Below, one piece after another: positions 46,243-54,451 of a stretch of DNA of 64,000 nucleotides (the stretch's first letter is position 1; each line of letters begins with the position of its first letter). Under the pieces are notes generated by a model that made no database searches, was not told where the DNA came from, and was given only the letters and a program-made list of their open reading frames with translations. Position numbers and translations under genes: made by a program. The stretch comes from Armatimonadota bacterium (lineage in GTDB: Bacteria > Sysuimicrobiota > Sysuimicrobiia > Sysuimicrobiales > Sysuimicrobiaceae), in assembly GCA_025059775.1 (NCBI GenBank), contig JANXCW010000001.1, positions 221,549 to 285,548 of the forward strand. Reading direction: 5' to 3'.

Positions 46243-47769
46243 CTACTTCTCCGCAAGCCAGCTCTTGATCACCGCGGCCACCTCCGCGGGCCGCTCCTGC
46301 GCCAACCGTTGCAGCTCCTGCCGGGCCGCGCTCTCCTCCTCCTCCTGCCGCTCCCGCAGCACCTGGAGCACCCGTTCCTCCTCGTCCTCCTGGGGCTCGG
46401 GCAAAGCCGGCGGGAGGGGATGTTGCACCGCCTCCACGGTGACCGACCACCGCCTGCGCCGCAGGAGTAACAGGGCCAGCAACAGGAGCAGGAGCAAGGC
46501 CCCGCCCGCGGCCGCCAGCAGGAGGGTCAGGGAGAGTTTTCTGCGCGCCTCGGCCGGAGCAGCAGAAGCCTGGGTTTCGGAAGGAGCCCGGGCAACGGGG
46601 AACTCCACCGCCTGCACCACCAGCACATCTCCCCGACGCCGGTCCAAGCCCACCGCGGCCGCGATGGAGGGCTCTAGTGCCCGAACCGCCTCCAGGGGAA
46701 CGCGGCTGTCGACCAGCACCGCAACCGAAAGCCGGCGGATCCCGCCCGTGCTCACCGCCCGTTCCAAGCGCCGGGTCACCTGGTAGGTGGCGCGGGATTC
46801 CCGCCTTCGGTACTCAGCCCCGCCCTGTGCCGCGGGGTTCGTGGCGTAGGAGGGGATCGAGCTGGTGGCGGGCCCGCCAGGCGGAAGCCCTCCACGGCCC
46901 GTGTAGGACTCCTCCACGGACACCTCGGAGGTCGGGGCCCGCTGCTCCGGACTGAAGCTCTCCTGCTCCACCTGCCGGCGGCTCAGGTCCACCTCCGCGC
47001 TTACCCGGGCGATGGCCCGGCCCGGACCGAGGAGCTGGTCCAGCATGGTCTGCAGCCGCCCCTGCAGGGCGGCCTCCACCTGCGCCCGCTCGTCCAGCTG
47101 GGTGGCGATGGCCCCCGTGGGATCCTCCTGCCCCGGGGAGAGCAGGCGGCCCTCCGTATCCACCACCGTCACCCGATCGGGAGAGAGCCCCGCCACCGCG
47201 CTTGCCACCAGGTGTCGGATGGCGCGCACCTGCGCCCCGGCCAGGTGCGCGCCAGGGCGCAGCCGCAGCACCACGGAGGCGCTGGGCTGGATGCTCTCCT
47301 CCTGGAACAGCCGATCCTCAGGCAGGGTAAGGTGCACCCGGGCGGATTCCACGACCTCCAGGGTCTCGATGCTGCGCACGAGTTCCCCGGCCAGGGCCCG
47401 CTGCAGGTTCACCCGTTGCACGAGCTCCGTGGCGGCGAAGGAGCTCCGATCAAACAGCTCCCACCCCGCGCCCCCGCTTCGGGGGAGCCCCTGGGATGCG
47501 AGCTGCAACCGCGCGGAATACAAGCGTTCCCGCGGGACCTCCACCGTGGTGCCTGCCCCCGACAACCGGTATGGGATTCCCAACTTCTGGAGGGCCTCCA
47601 CCACCCGGGCGGCCTCCTCCACCTCCAGCCGGCCGTACAGCGGCACGTACTCCGGCCGGCGCAGGAAACTCCAGGCGCTTATGAGGGCCACCACCCCCAG
47701 GCCCACCGCCACCAGAATCCGCCGGTGGCTTTGGAGCTCGGTGGACCACAACCGCCGCAACGCCTCCAT
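46243..47769 (-). CDS. fliF: flagellar M-ring protein FliF
   Basis: ORF 46243..47769. Two TM helices flanking YscJ/FliF ring-building motifs (LYGRLEVEEAARVVEALQKLGIPYRL). Confidence 0.9.
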   Translation of the reverse strand: MEALRRLWSTELQSHRRILVAVGLGVVALISAWSFLRRPEYVPLYGRLEVEEAARVVEALQKLGIPYRLSGAGTTVEVPRERLYSARLQLASQGLPRSGGAGWELFDRSSFAATELVQRVNLQRALAGELVRSIETLEVVESARVHLTLPEDRLFQEESIQPSASVVLRLRPGAHLAGAQVRAIRHLVASAVAGLSPDRVTVVDTEGRLLSPGQEDPTGAIATQLDERAQVEAALQGRLQTMLDQLLGPGRAIARVSAEVDLSRRQVEQESFSPEQRAPTSEVSVEESYTGRGGLPPGGPATSSIPSYATNPAAQGGAEYRRRESRATYQVTRRLERAVSTGGIRRLSVAVLVDSRVPLEAVRALEPSIAAAVGLDRRRGDVLVVQAVEFPVARAPSETQASAAPAEARRKLSLTLLLAAAGGALLLLLLLALLLLRRRRWSVTVEAVQHPLPPALPEPQEDEEERVLQVLRERQEEEESAARQELQRLAQERPAEVAAVIKSWLAEK

Positions 47770-47785
47770 CGGGCAGGTGCCTCCC

Positions 47786-48067
47786 TCACACCTGCATCCG
47801 GATCAGCTCCTGGTAGGCCTCCAGCAAGCGGTTGCGCACCTGGATGGCGAGTTGCAACGCCAGGTTCGCCTCCTCCATGGCCACCATCACCGCGTGTACA
47901 TCGTCCGTGCGGCCGTCCGCGAGGGCCGCGGCCGCGGCATCCGCGCGGCGCTGCAGCTCGTCCGCGCTGCGTACTGCCCGCTCCAAGGCCTCCGCGAACG
48001 CGGAGAGGGCCTCCCGGAGCGGAGAGAAGGAAGCCGGGGAGAGGGGGCCGACCCCTTGAAGCTCCAT
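47786..48067 (-). CDS. fliE: flagellar hook-basal body protein FliE
   Basis: ORF 47786..48067, 93 aa. C-terminal VMVAMEEANLALQLAIQVRNRLLEAYQELIRMQV. Confidence 0.85.
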   Translation of the reverse strand: MELQGVGPLSPASFSPLREALSAFAEALERAVRSADELQRRADAAAAALADGRTDDVHAVMVAMEEANLALQLAIQVRNRLLEAYQELIRMQV

Positions 48068-48069
48068 TT

Positions 48070-48501
48070 CTACCTCCTGCCGATCTCCAGGGCCTTCAGG
48101 ATGGCCTGCTTAGTGGTGTTGAGCGCGACCACGTTGGCCTCGTAGGCCCGGGCAGAGGCGATGAGGTCGACCATCTCCACCGCGGGGTTCACGTTGGGCA
48201 GGGTCACGAATCCCTCCGGGTCCGCATCGGGATGCCCGGGATCGTACACCCGGCGGGGCGGGCTGAGGTCCTCCACGATCCCCGCCACCACCACGCCCCG
48301 GGCCTCTCCTACGGCCACGGGGCCCAGGGAGGCCAGGAACCGGTTCACGAGAGGCGCGAAGAGCACCACCTTCCGCCGGTACGGGCCTTCAGGACCGCGG
48401 GTGGTGTTCGCGTTGGCGAGGTTACCGGCGATCACCTCCATGCGCACCCGCTCCGCGGTGAGGGCGCTGGCGCTTGTCTCCATGGCCCGGAAGAGGGACA
48501 C
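48070..48501 (-). CDS. flgC: flagellar basal-body rod protein FlgC
   Basis: ORF 48070..48876 trimmed to the GTG behind GGAGGTG. SLFRAMETSASALTAERVRMEVIAGNLANANTTRG. C-terminal VNPAVEMVDLIASARAYEANVVALNTTKQ. Confidence 0.9.
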   Translation of the reverse strand: MSLFRAMETSASALTAERVRMEVIAGNLANANTTRGPEGPYRRKVVLFAPLVNRFLASLGPVAVGEARGVVVAGIVEDLSPPRRVYDPGHPDADPEGFVTLPNVNPAVEMVDLIASARAYEANVVALNTTKQAILKALEIGRR

Positions 48502-48515
48502 GGCACACCTCCGTC

Positions 48516-48860
48516 CTACCGCCGGCCCTCCAGGATGGCCGACCGCAGCATCTCCAACTTCGCGGAGAGCAGGGTGGTGAGGGCCATCATCAGGAGGCCC
48601 GTGCGTGCGATCTCCACGCTCTCCAGTTCCGGGTCCACCTCCGTCCCGTCCTGGCGGACGAAGGCCACCCCCTCCGACGGCGCCCCGTCCGCAGGCACCT
48701 CCTCCCACAGGGCCCGGAGGGTGGCCCCGAAGTCCACGTCCGCCCGCACGTAGCCCGGGGTGTGGGCATTGGCCAGGTTCGAGGCGAGAAGGGCCTGCCT
48801 GCGGCCCAGAGTCCGCAGGGAGGCCAGCAGGTACCGGCCCGTGGGATCCAACATAGCCAC
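48516..48860 (-). CDS. flgB: flagellar basal-body rod protein FlgB
   Basis: ORF 48516..48860. RQALLASNLANAHTPGYVRAD rod motif. First gene of the operon. Confidence 0.9.
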   Translation of the reverse strand: MAMLDPTGRYLLASLRTLGRRQALLASNLANAHTPGYVRADVDFGATLRALWEEVPADGAPSEGVAFVRQDGTEVDPELESVEIARTGLLMMALTTLLSAKLEMLRSAILEGRR

Positions 48861-48871
48861 CTTCGAAGCCT

Positions 48872-48887
48872 TGCAAGATCGGTGCCG
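48872..48887 (-). promoter_or_regulatory. sigma-54 promoter GGCAC-N5-TTGCA upstream of flgB
   Basis: Minus-strand reading tccGGCACcgatcTTGCAaggcttcgaagGTGgctATG. The -12 element ends only 11 nt before the first start codon, which implies a leaderless or very short-leader mRNA. Confidence 0.6.
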
Positions 48888-48917
48888 GAAATCCTAGAGT
48901 CTACGCAGGCGCGGGCG

Positions 48918-48946
48918 GGAAATTGCGGCAGGGATCTTGCAATTCC
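48918..48946. promoter_or_regulatory. AT-richer inverted repeat GGAAATTGC-N12-GCAATTCC upstream of the flgB sigma-54 promoter, overlapping the first possible start of the divergent GGDEF gene
   Basis: Seen directly. The centre is about 70 nt upstream of the predicted flgB start. Candidate enhancer/regulator site or the promoter of the cyclase gene. Confidence 0.3.
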
Positions 48947-48972
48947 GCGGCCACAAAGCGCTGGAGGCGAGG

Positions 48973-50913
48973 GTGAAACGCGCAGCTTCTTCCCAGGACC
49001 GTCTACGGATCCTCCTTGCGGTGGCGGAGCACCTGAACCGGCACACGGAGCTCCAGCCCATGCTGGATTCCGTCCTTCCCTTGATCCTGGGTCTCGTGGG
49101 GGTACCCGCGGGGTGGATCTCCCTGCGAACCGAGGAGGGGTTTCAGCTCGCGGCCGCGGCAGGCCTCCCGTCTGGACTGGAGGCAGAGGACCGCGCCGCC
49201 CTGCGCTGGTCCCCTTGCGCATGTCAGCGGATGGCCCTGGAGGGGCGGCTCGTGGAGCCCGTGAATCTCCTGGAGTGCGAGCGGCTCCTGGGCCTGGCTG
49301 AGAAGGCGGAGGGGCTGCGCCTGCACGTCTCGGTCCCTCTTCGAGCCAGGGACCGCATCCTCGGCATCCTCAACCTCGCGAAGGCCGATCCAAAACCCCT
49401 CCACCAGGCGGAGCGAGACCTGCTGTGGATGATCGGGGAGCAGCTCGGGGTGGCGGTGGATCGGGCCCGGCTCCTCGCGCGGATGCAGGAGATGCGGGAG
49501 CGGGAGGAGGAGCGGATCTCCCGCTTAGCCCAGGAGCTCGTGGACGCGAACACCCTGGAAGAAGTGGCCCAGGCGGTGTTCGAGGTGTTGCGGGAGGTCC
49601 TCGCGCCCGACCGCTTGGCCCTCCTGGTGGTGGATCCCTCGCAGACCTACCTGGAGCCGGTAGCGGGGTGGGGTTGGCCGGGGGAGCGGTTGGAGTTCGT
49701 CCGGCTCCCCATGCGGCCGCCGGACGCCAACGGTCCGGCGTGGGCCTTGCACACGGGCAAACCCCTCCTCGTGGATCTGGACAGCGCCCCCTATCGGGTC
49801 CCGGAGCGGTTGCGCCAGGCCGGGGTGCAGGCCGTTCTGCTCCTCCCCATGCTCTCCGGGAAGGAGCCCATCGGGGTTCTGACGGCCCACTACTTCTCCC
49901 GCCGGGAGGTTCCGGATTCGGTTCTGCAGTTCTGCATGCTCATCGGTCGCATCGCCGCGGGGGCCGTGGCTCGCGTACGGGAGCATCTCCGCTACCGCCT
50001 GCTCTTCGAACGGGTCCCGGTGGGGCTGTACCGGTCCACGCCCGCAGGAGAGATCCTGGACGCCAACGAAGCGCTCGTGCACCTTCTCCGATACCCAGAC
50101 CGGGAGACCCTCCTGCAGACGAACGCCGTCCAGCTCTACGTGGACCCCACGGATCGAAAGCGGTGGCGGCAACTCGTGGACGAGCATGGGGTGATCTCAG
50201 GGTTCGAGACGCGGTGGCGCCGCTACGACGGGTCAGAGATCTGGATCCGGGAGAGCGCCCGCGCCATCCGCGACGCCTCCGGGACCCCGGTGTACTACGA
50301 AGGGAGCGTGGAGGACATCACGGAGCAGAAGCGCTACGAGCTGGAGGTCACCTACCTCGCGAGCCACGACCCCCTCACGGGTGCTCTCAACCGTCGGAGC
50401 TTCCAGGAGGCCCTGGAGCGCAGGATCTCCCTGGGCCGGAACACAGCTCAGAAGGTTGCCCTGCTGTTCCTGGACCTGGACGGATTCAAACACGTGAACG
50501 ACCGGCTCGGACACCAGACCGGGGATACGGTACTCCGGGTGGTGGTCCACTGCATCCGCACCCGGCTGCGGGAGGCGGATCTCCTGGGGCGGCTGGGTGG
50601 GGATGAGTTCGGGGTTCTCCTCTACCCCGCGGATGAGGCAAGGGCCTGGACCGTCGCAGAGCGGATCGTGCGGGCGGTGCGGGAGTGGGCGCAGGCGGAG
50701 CTCGATGCCCGCCTACGGATCACCTGCAGCTGCGGCATCGCCCTTTTCCCGGACCACGCCCCCACCGCGGACGGCCTCCTCACCGCCGCGGACGCCGCCA
50801 TGTACGCGGTGAAGGTCCGGGGCGGGGATGGGGTGGCGGTGTTCGCCCAGGAGAACCCGGTTTTCACCGGCCCCCTCTGGAAGGACTCTGAGCCACAAAG
50901 CCCCCCTCCCTGA
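48973..50913 (+). CDS. GAF-GAF-PAS-GGDEF diguanylate cyclase (active GGDEF motif and RxxD inhibitory site present)
   Basis: ORF 48937..50913. Preferred start is GTG 48973 behind GGAGGCGAGG (TTG 48937 is possible). Two GAF domains, a PAS domain, then LTGALNRRSF...RLGGDEFGVLL, with READ five residues upstream of GGDEF. Confidence 0.85.
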   Translation: MKRAASSQDRLRILLAVAEHLNRHTELQPMLDSVLPLILGLVGVPAGWISLRTEEGFQLAAAAGLPSGLEAEDRAALRWSPCACQRMALEGRLVEPVNLLECERLLGLAEKAEGLRLHVSVPLRARDRILGILNLAKADPKPLHQAERDLLWMIGEQLGVAVDRARLLARMQEMREREEERISRLAQELVDANTLEEVAQAVFEVLREVLAPDRLALLVVDPSQTYLEPVAGWGWPGERLEFVRLPMRPPDANGPAWALHTGKPLLVDLDSAPYRVPERLRQAGVQAVLLLPMLSGKEPIGVLTAHYFSRREVPDSVLQFCMLIGRIAAGAVARVREHLRYRLLFERVPVGLYRSTPAGEILDANEALVHLLRYPDRETLLQTNAVQLYVDPTDRKRWRQLVDEHGVISGFETRWRRYDGSEIWIRESARAIRDASGTPVYYEGSVEDITEQKRYELEVTYLASHDPLTGALNRRSFQEALERRISLGRNTAQKVALLFLDLDGFKHVNDRLGHQTGDTVLRVVVHCIRTRLREADLLGRLGGDEFGVLLYPADEARAWTVAERIVRAVREWAQAELDARLRITCSCGIALFPDHAPTADGLLTAADAAMYAVKVRGGDGVAVFAQENPVFTGPLWKDSEPQSPPP

Positions 50914-51895
50914 GCCCGCTCCCCTCGATGAACTGAGGCTCACCCCCTCGGAGAGTCGGGTCGGACTCTTTAGCGCGCGGTGGGCGCGGTCTACTTCCGG
51001 ACGAGGAAGGGGGCGTGAGGGGCAGGTGCTTCACGGCCTGCGGGAGGGGAGGAGGAGGCGGAAGGGACGTGGGGGTGGTACGGTTCAGGATTGCAGACGG
51101 CTTTGGGGTGGCATGAGGAGCCTGCGACCCCCGGAGGATGTCCGGAAGGCCCGCCATGGGTCCTCCTTCCTTCGTCTCCACCTGCGGCTCCCGTGAGGAT
51201 CGGGCCACCAGGGTGACCTTCCCGGAGTGCTGGGCCAGCACGACCCGGGGGACCGAGGAAGCCGGCACCTCCAGGGTCACCGCCACGGTGCCCGGCACAC
51301 TCGGTTCCTGTCCTGTGGACCGGTCCACCCGGATCACCCTGGCTCCCCGGACAAGAACCCGGGTGACCGGGGAGGGCCGCGTGAAGGTGCCGAGCACGTC
51401 CACCCGATCCCCCGGGAGAAGCCGGCCCATGACCGCGTCCGTGGCGGGCACCACCACGGTGACTGCCTGCATCCCCTCCTCCACGGAGCCTGCCACGTCC
51501 ACCACTCCTCCGGGTCGCTGGAGGGCGTCCGTGGTGAGGATCTCTCCGGGCGCGATGGGGCGCCTCGCTGCCATGCCCGCGACCTCCTCGAACCCCGAGA
51601 CCGCGTTCGGAGGCACCCGGTCGCGCGGCAACCGCTCCTGCCGCACGGCTTGAGGAAGGATTGCTTCACCCGGGGAGATCCCGGATGCTGCCACGAGCAC
51701 CTGAGCCTCTGTGGGCGGTTCGTGGGCCGGCGAGGCCAGCATCCACACCCCGGCTGCCGAGAGGGCCAACACGAGGCCCGAGAGGGCCATCCCTGCGGGC
51801 ACCAGCACCTTGTCCAGCAGGGGGCCGAGTCCGTCGGTCCGCCTGGGCACCGGCTTCACCTTTCCGCCTTCCCGCTTCGCCCCATCCAAACCCAT
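50864..51895 (-). CDS. CpaB/RcpC-like (SAF-domain) protein with N-terminal TM anchor; FlgA-like alternative
   Basis: ORF 50864..52324 trimmed to MGLDGAKREGG... with TM MALSGLVLALSAAGVWML. SAF domain (VLVAASGISPGEAILPQAV...VAGMAARRPIAPGEILTTDAL) followed by the RcpC-like domain (GDRVDVLGTF...VLVRGARVIRVD). The 3' end overlaps the convergent cyclase gene by about 50 nt. Confidence 0.6.
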   Translation of the reverse strand: MGLDGAKREGGKVKPVPRRTDGLGPLLDKVLVPAGMALSGLVLALSAAGVWMLASPAHEPPTEAQVLVAASGISPGEAILPQAVRQERLPRDRVPPNAVSGFEEVAGMAARRPIAPGEILTTDALQRPGGVVDVAGSVEEGMQAVTVVVPATDAVMGRLLPGDRVDVLGTFTRPSPVTRVLVRGARVIRVDRSTGQEPSVPGTVAVTLEVPASSVPRVVLAQHSGKVTLVARSSREPQVETKEGGPMAGLPDILRGSQAPHATPKPSAILNRTTPTSLPPPPPLPQAVKHLPLTPPSSSGSRPRPPRAKESDPTLRGGEPQFIEGSGLREGGFVAQSPSRGGR

Positions 51896-51897
51896 CC

Positions 51898-53364
51898 TCA
51901 CTGCCCTCCGGGTTGGGAGTCCTTCCAGGGCCGGATCTGGGCGATCACCCTCCCGTCCACGTACACGAGGATCACGCACGGCCCCGGGCAGGAGACGGGT
52001 ACCCGCACAGAGGTCGCGCCCCGGTGCTCTGCCTCGTACAGCACCCGGGAGCCTTCTCCCTCTGCCACCACCACCCGAACCCGGGCCGTCCGGCCTACCT
52101 CGAGTTCTATCTCCCCGGTTCCCGCACGGCCCCCGGGCCTCCAGGCCACCCTTTCCCCCAAGCCCTCCCCGGGCCTGCCCGCCGAATCGGAGGGGGGACG
52201 AGGTTGGCCCAGGGGGAGAGCAGGTGCCTGCTCTACGGCCCGGGCCGCGGCATCCGCGAGCCTCACTCCCGAGCCCTCCAGGGCCGCCCGGAGCTTCGAG
52301 AGGGCTTCTGACCGGCTCTGCCACCCGAACACCACCACGCCCTCATATATCCCAACACCTCCCTCCTGCCCGACCCGATACAGCTCCCCCCTGCCGTAGA
52401 CGCCCTCGAAGGCTCCAGCCCCGGCCGCGGGATCCATCTCCATCTGCAGCCGCTCTCCCTCCCCCCACACCCGCAGGAGGATCCTCCCCGCGGGCAACCG
52501 GACCTCCAGGGTCCCTTCCGGAGGGCCCTGCTTTGTCATCATCACGTACCGCTGCCGCATGGCTAACCGCCCCGACGCCTGCATTCCCAGGAGTTCCACC
52601 GTGGCCTCGTGCTCATAGATCAGGGTGGCCGGCAGCACCGGGAGCCCGATCAGCAAAATCGAGACCGCGGAGGGCGCCCAGGCCTCCGACCAGTTGGTCC
52701 CCGTATACCGGAGGCGGAGCCGTACCAACAGGCCAAGCCCTTGCCCAGGGGGCACCACGTCCTCTTGGGCCCGGGCCTCCGGTTGGGGAGAGGGTTGCAC
52801 AACCGGTGCCGCAGGCGGGGAGGCCGTGGGTTGAGGGAGCGGGACCGGCGTGGGAGTGGGGGGTGGAGGTTGCGGGCTTGGAGGAGGGGCGAGAGGCCTC
52901 TGGGCCCGCGGCCGATGGGTAGCCGCAGCGCTCGGGGTCTTCTGGGGCGGGGAGGTCCGGGGGGCAGCAGGCCGGGGCGGAGCGATCTCTACCACGTCCG
53001 CGGTGCGGCGGCGGCCCACCTTCACCCAGAACACCAGGAGTTGTCCCCCCACCCGCACATGGAGGTTCGTGGCGCCGGCCCGTCCCACCGCGTACAGGGC
53101 CACGGTTCCCTCCCGGGCCCGCACCCACGCCCGCACCACCCGCTGGTTTCCCACCGCGATGTACTCCACGGGGCGTGGGAAAAGCAAAAACAGCGTGTAG
53201 CCGGGCTGGACCGTAAGAGGGACGCGCTGGCCGGGCGAAATGGCGAGCCTGAGCCGGGCCGGAGGCTCCGGGGGCGGGGCGGCCAGCACGGGAATGGCCA
53301 GCAAGAACGCGGCAACCACGGCCGCGGCCCGGAGGCCGGTGCGCCGGTTTCTCAGCCCTCCCAT
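51898..53364 (-). CDS. secreted protein with two CpaC/secretin-N-type beta domains flanking a Pro-rich linker, but no secretin domain
   Basis: ORF 51898..53364. Signal peptide. N-terminal domain RLRLAISPGQRVPLTVQPGYTLFLLFPRPVEYIAVGNQRVVRAWVRAREGTVALYAVGRAGATNLHVRVGGQLLVFWVKV resembles the pilus-formation N-terminal region of CpaC. A similar C-terminal domain follows (GEIELEVGRTARVRVVVAEGEGSRVLYEAEHRGATSVRVPV...ILVYVDGRVIAQI). Confidence 0.5.
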   Translation of the reverse strand: MGGLRNRRTGLRAAAVVAAFLLAIPVLAAPPPEPPARLRLAISPGQRVPLTVQPGYTLFLLFPRPVEYIAVGNQRVVRAWVRAREGTVALYAVGRAGATNLHVRVGGQLLVFWVKVGRRRTADVVEIAPPRPAAPRTSPPQKTPSAAATHRPRAQRPLAPPPSPQPPPPTPTPVPLPQPTASPPAAPVVQPSPQPEARAQEDVVPPGQGLGLLVRLRLRYTGTNWSEAWAPSAVSILLIGLPVLPATLIYEHEATVELLGMQASGRLAMRQRYVMMTKQGPPEGTLEVRLPAGRILLRVWGEGERLQMEMDPAAGAGAFEGVYGRGELYRVGQEGGVGIYEGVVVFGWQSRSEALSKLRAALEGSGVRLADAAARAVEQAPALPLGQPRPPSDSAGRPGEGLGERVAWRPGGRAGTGEIELEVGRTARVRVVVAEGEGSRVLYEAEHRGATSVRVPVSCPGPCVILVYVDGRVIAQIRPWKDSQPGGQ

Positions 53365-53374
53365 GGCGGTCCCC

Positions 53375-54385
53375 TCACGGGGTGGTGTACGTCACCTGCA
53401 GGGAGGGGGCGAAGAACTGCTCAAGGTCGTCAGCACCGCCGGGGGTCGGGATCACCGCGAAACGGAAACGAATCCCGATGTGGCTCCGGGAGAGCTGAGC
53501 CCGCACGAGGCTCGTGGCGTCGAAGGAGAAGGAAACCGGTGCAAGCGCCTGCACTCCCCCGAAGACCGCGATCGCGGAGGCAAGGGGAGAAGCGAGGTAG
53601 TCGTCCGGAGCCAGGATCCCGGGGGAGGAATCATCGAGCCAGGCCACCCCATCGGCCCAGAGGTTGTTTCCGGCACCCCATGGATTGCCAGTGACCGTCT
53701 GCCGCTGGCCGGTATAGACCGCGCTCACCACGTTCGCCCCGGGAACCTGGAGCTCCGGAGGGACCCGGAAGGCAACAAAGGCCGCGGCAAGGGCGTTCGC
53801 CCCCCCGCACGGGTTCTGCCCCGCAGCGTCAAAATCCTCTCCCGCCATCATCACAGGGGAGACCGCTCCGTTGCTGCACACTGTTCCCGCCACCACGGGC
53901 CCAAGCACCACGGTGACAGGGGCAGAGGGAGCCCGGGTGGTGAACCGCCACGTGTACGGCTGCAGCAGGACCCGGCCGTCTACGGCTTCCACCCCCGGCT
54001 CCACGGTCACCGTGTAGGAGGTGCTGTTCGCGAGCCGCAGCCCACTCAGCCGCACGCCCTGCCCGCCGGAGGTGAGGGTGCAGGAAGTTGGGCCCGCGAG
54101 GGGAGGGGGGTCGATGCTGATGGACAGGCACGCGGTGGTGCGTCGGATGATGTCGCTGAAGAGCACCACGATCTCCGTGAGCGGAGAAACTCCCGTCTCC
54201 CCGTCCCGAGGTACCGTGGAAACCACCTGAAGGAAGGGTGGGGGAGCCGGGGTGATGGGAGAGGCGGTGGGGGTTGGGGTGGGTGCGGGGGGCGGATTCG
54301 TCGCCGCCAGAAGCGGCAGGAGCCCACACCCAGACGTCAGGAGAACCGCAAGCAGGGCCAGGGAAAGCCTTCCGGTGCGGTGCAC
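53375..54385 (-). CDS. lipoprotein with Ig-like (SbsA/Big-type) domain
   Basis: ORF 53375..54535 trimmed to the GTG behind AAGGGGGCGAG. Lipobox LLTSGC. A Pro/Thr-rich linker, then Ig-like beta domains. Confidence 0.55.
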   Translation of the reverse strand: MHRTGRLSLALLAVLLTSGCGLLPLLAATNPPPAPTPTPTASPITPAPPPFLQVVSTVPRDGETGVSPLTEIVVLFSDIIRRTTACLSISIDPPPLAGPTSCTLTSGGQGVRLSGLRLANSTSYTVTVEPGVEAVDGRVLLQPYTWRFTTRAPSAPVTVVLGPVVAGTVCSNGAVSPVMMAGEDFDAAGQNPCGGANALAAAFVAFRVPPELQVPGANVVSAVYTGQRQTVTGNPWGAGNNLWADGVAWLDDSSPGILAPDDYLASPLASAIAVFGGVQALAPVSFSFDATSLVRAQLSRSHIGIRFRFAVIPTPGGADDLEQFFAPSLQVTYTTP

Positions 54386-54422
54386 CTCGCCCCCTTGAAC
54401 CTTTTTACGGTTATCGTCCGAA

Positions 54423-54451
54423 ATCTTACGAGTGACCCCGGCGTGCGTCAA
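54423..54451 (-). promoter_or_regulatory. putative sigmaA promoter TTGACG-N17-TAAGAT for the lipoprotein gene
   Basis: Minus strand cgcTTGACGcacgccggggtcactcgTAAGATttcgg. The -35 overlaps the rpoN stop codon. Confidence 0.35.

Noticed and set aside
54386-54447. Sigma-28-like -10 (GACGATAA) upstream of the lipoprotein gene.
   Set aside because: There is no TAAA -35 at the required 15-nt spacing. A sigmaA-like TTGACG-N17-TAAGAT fits better.
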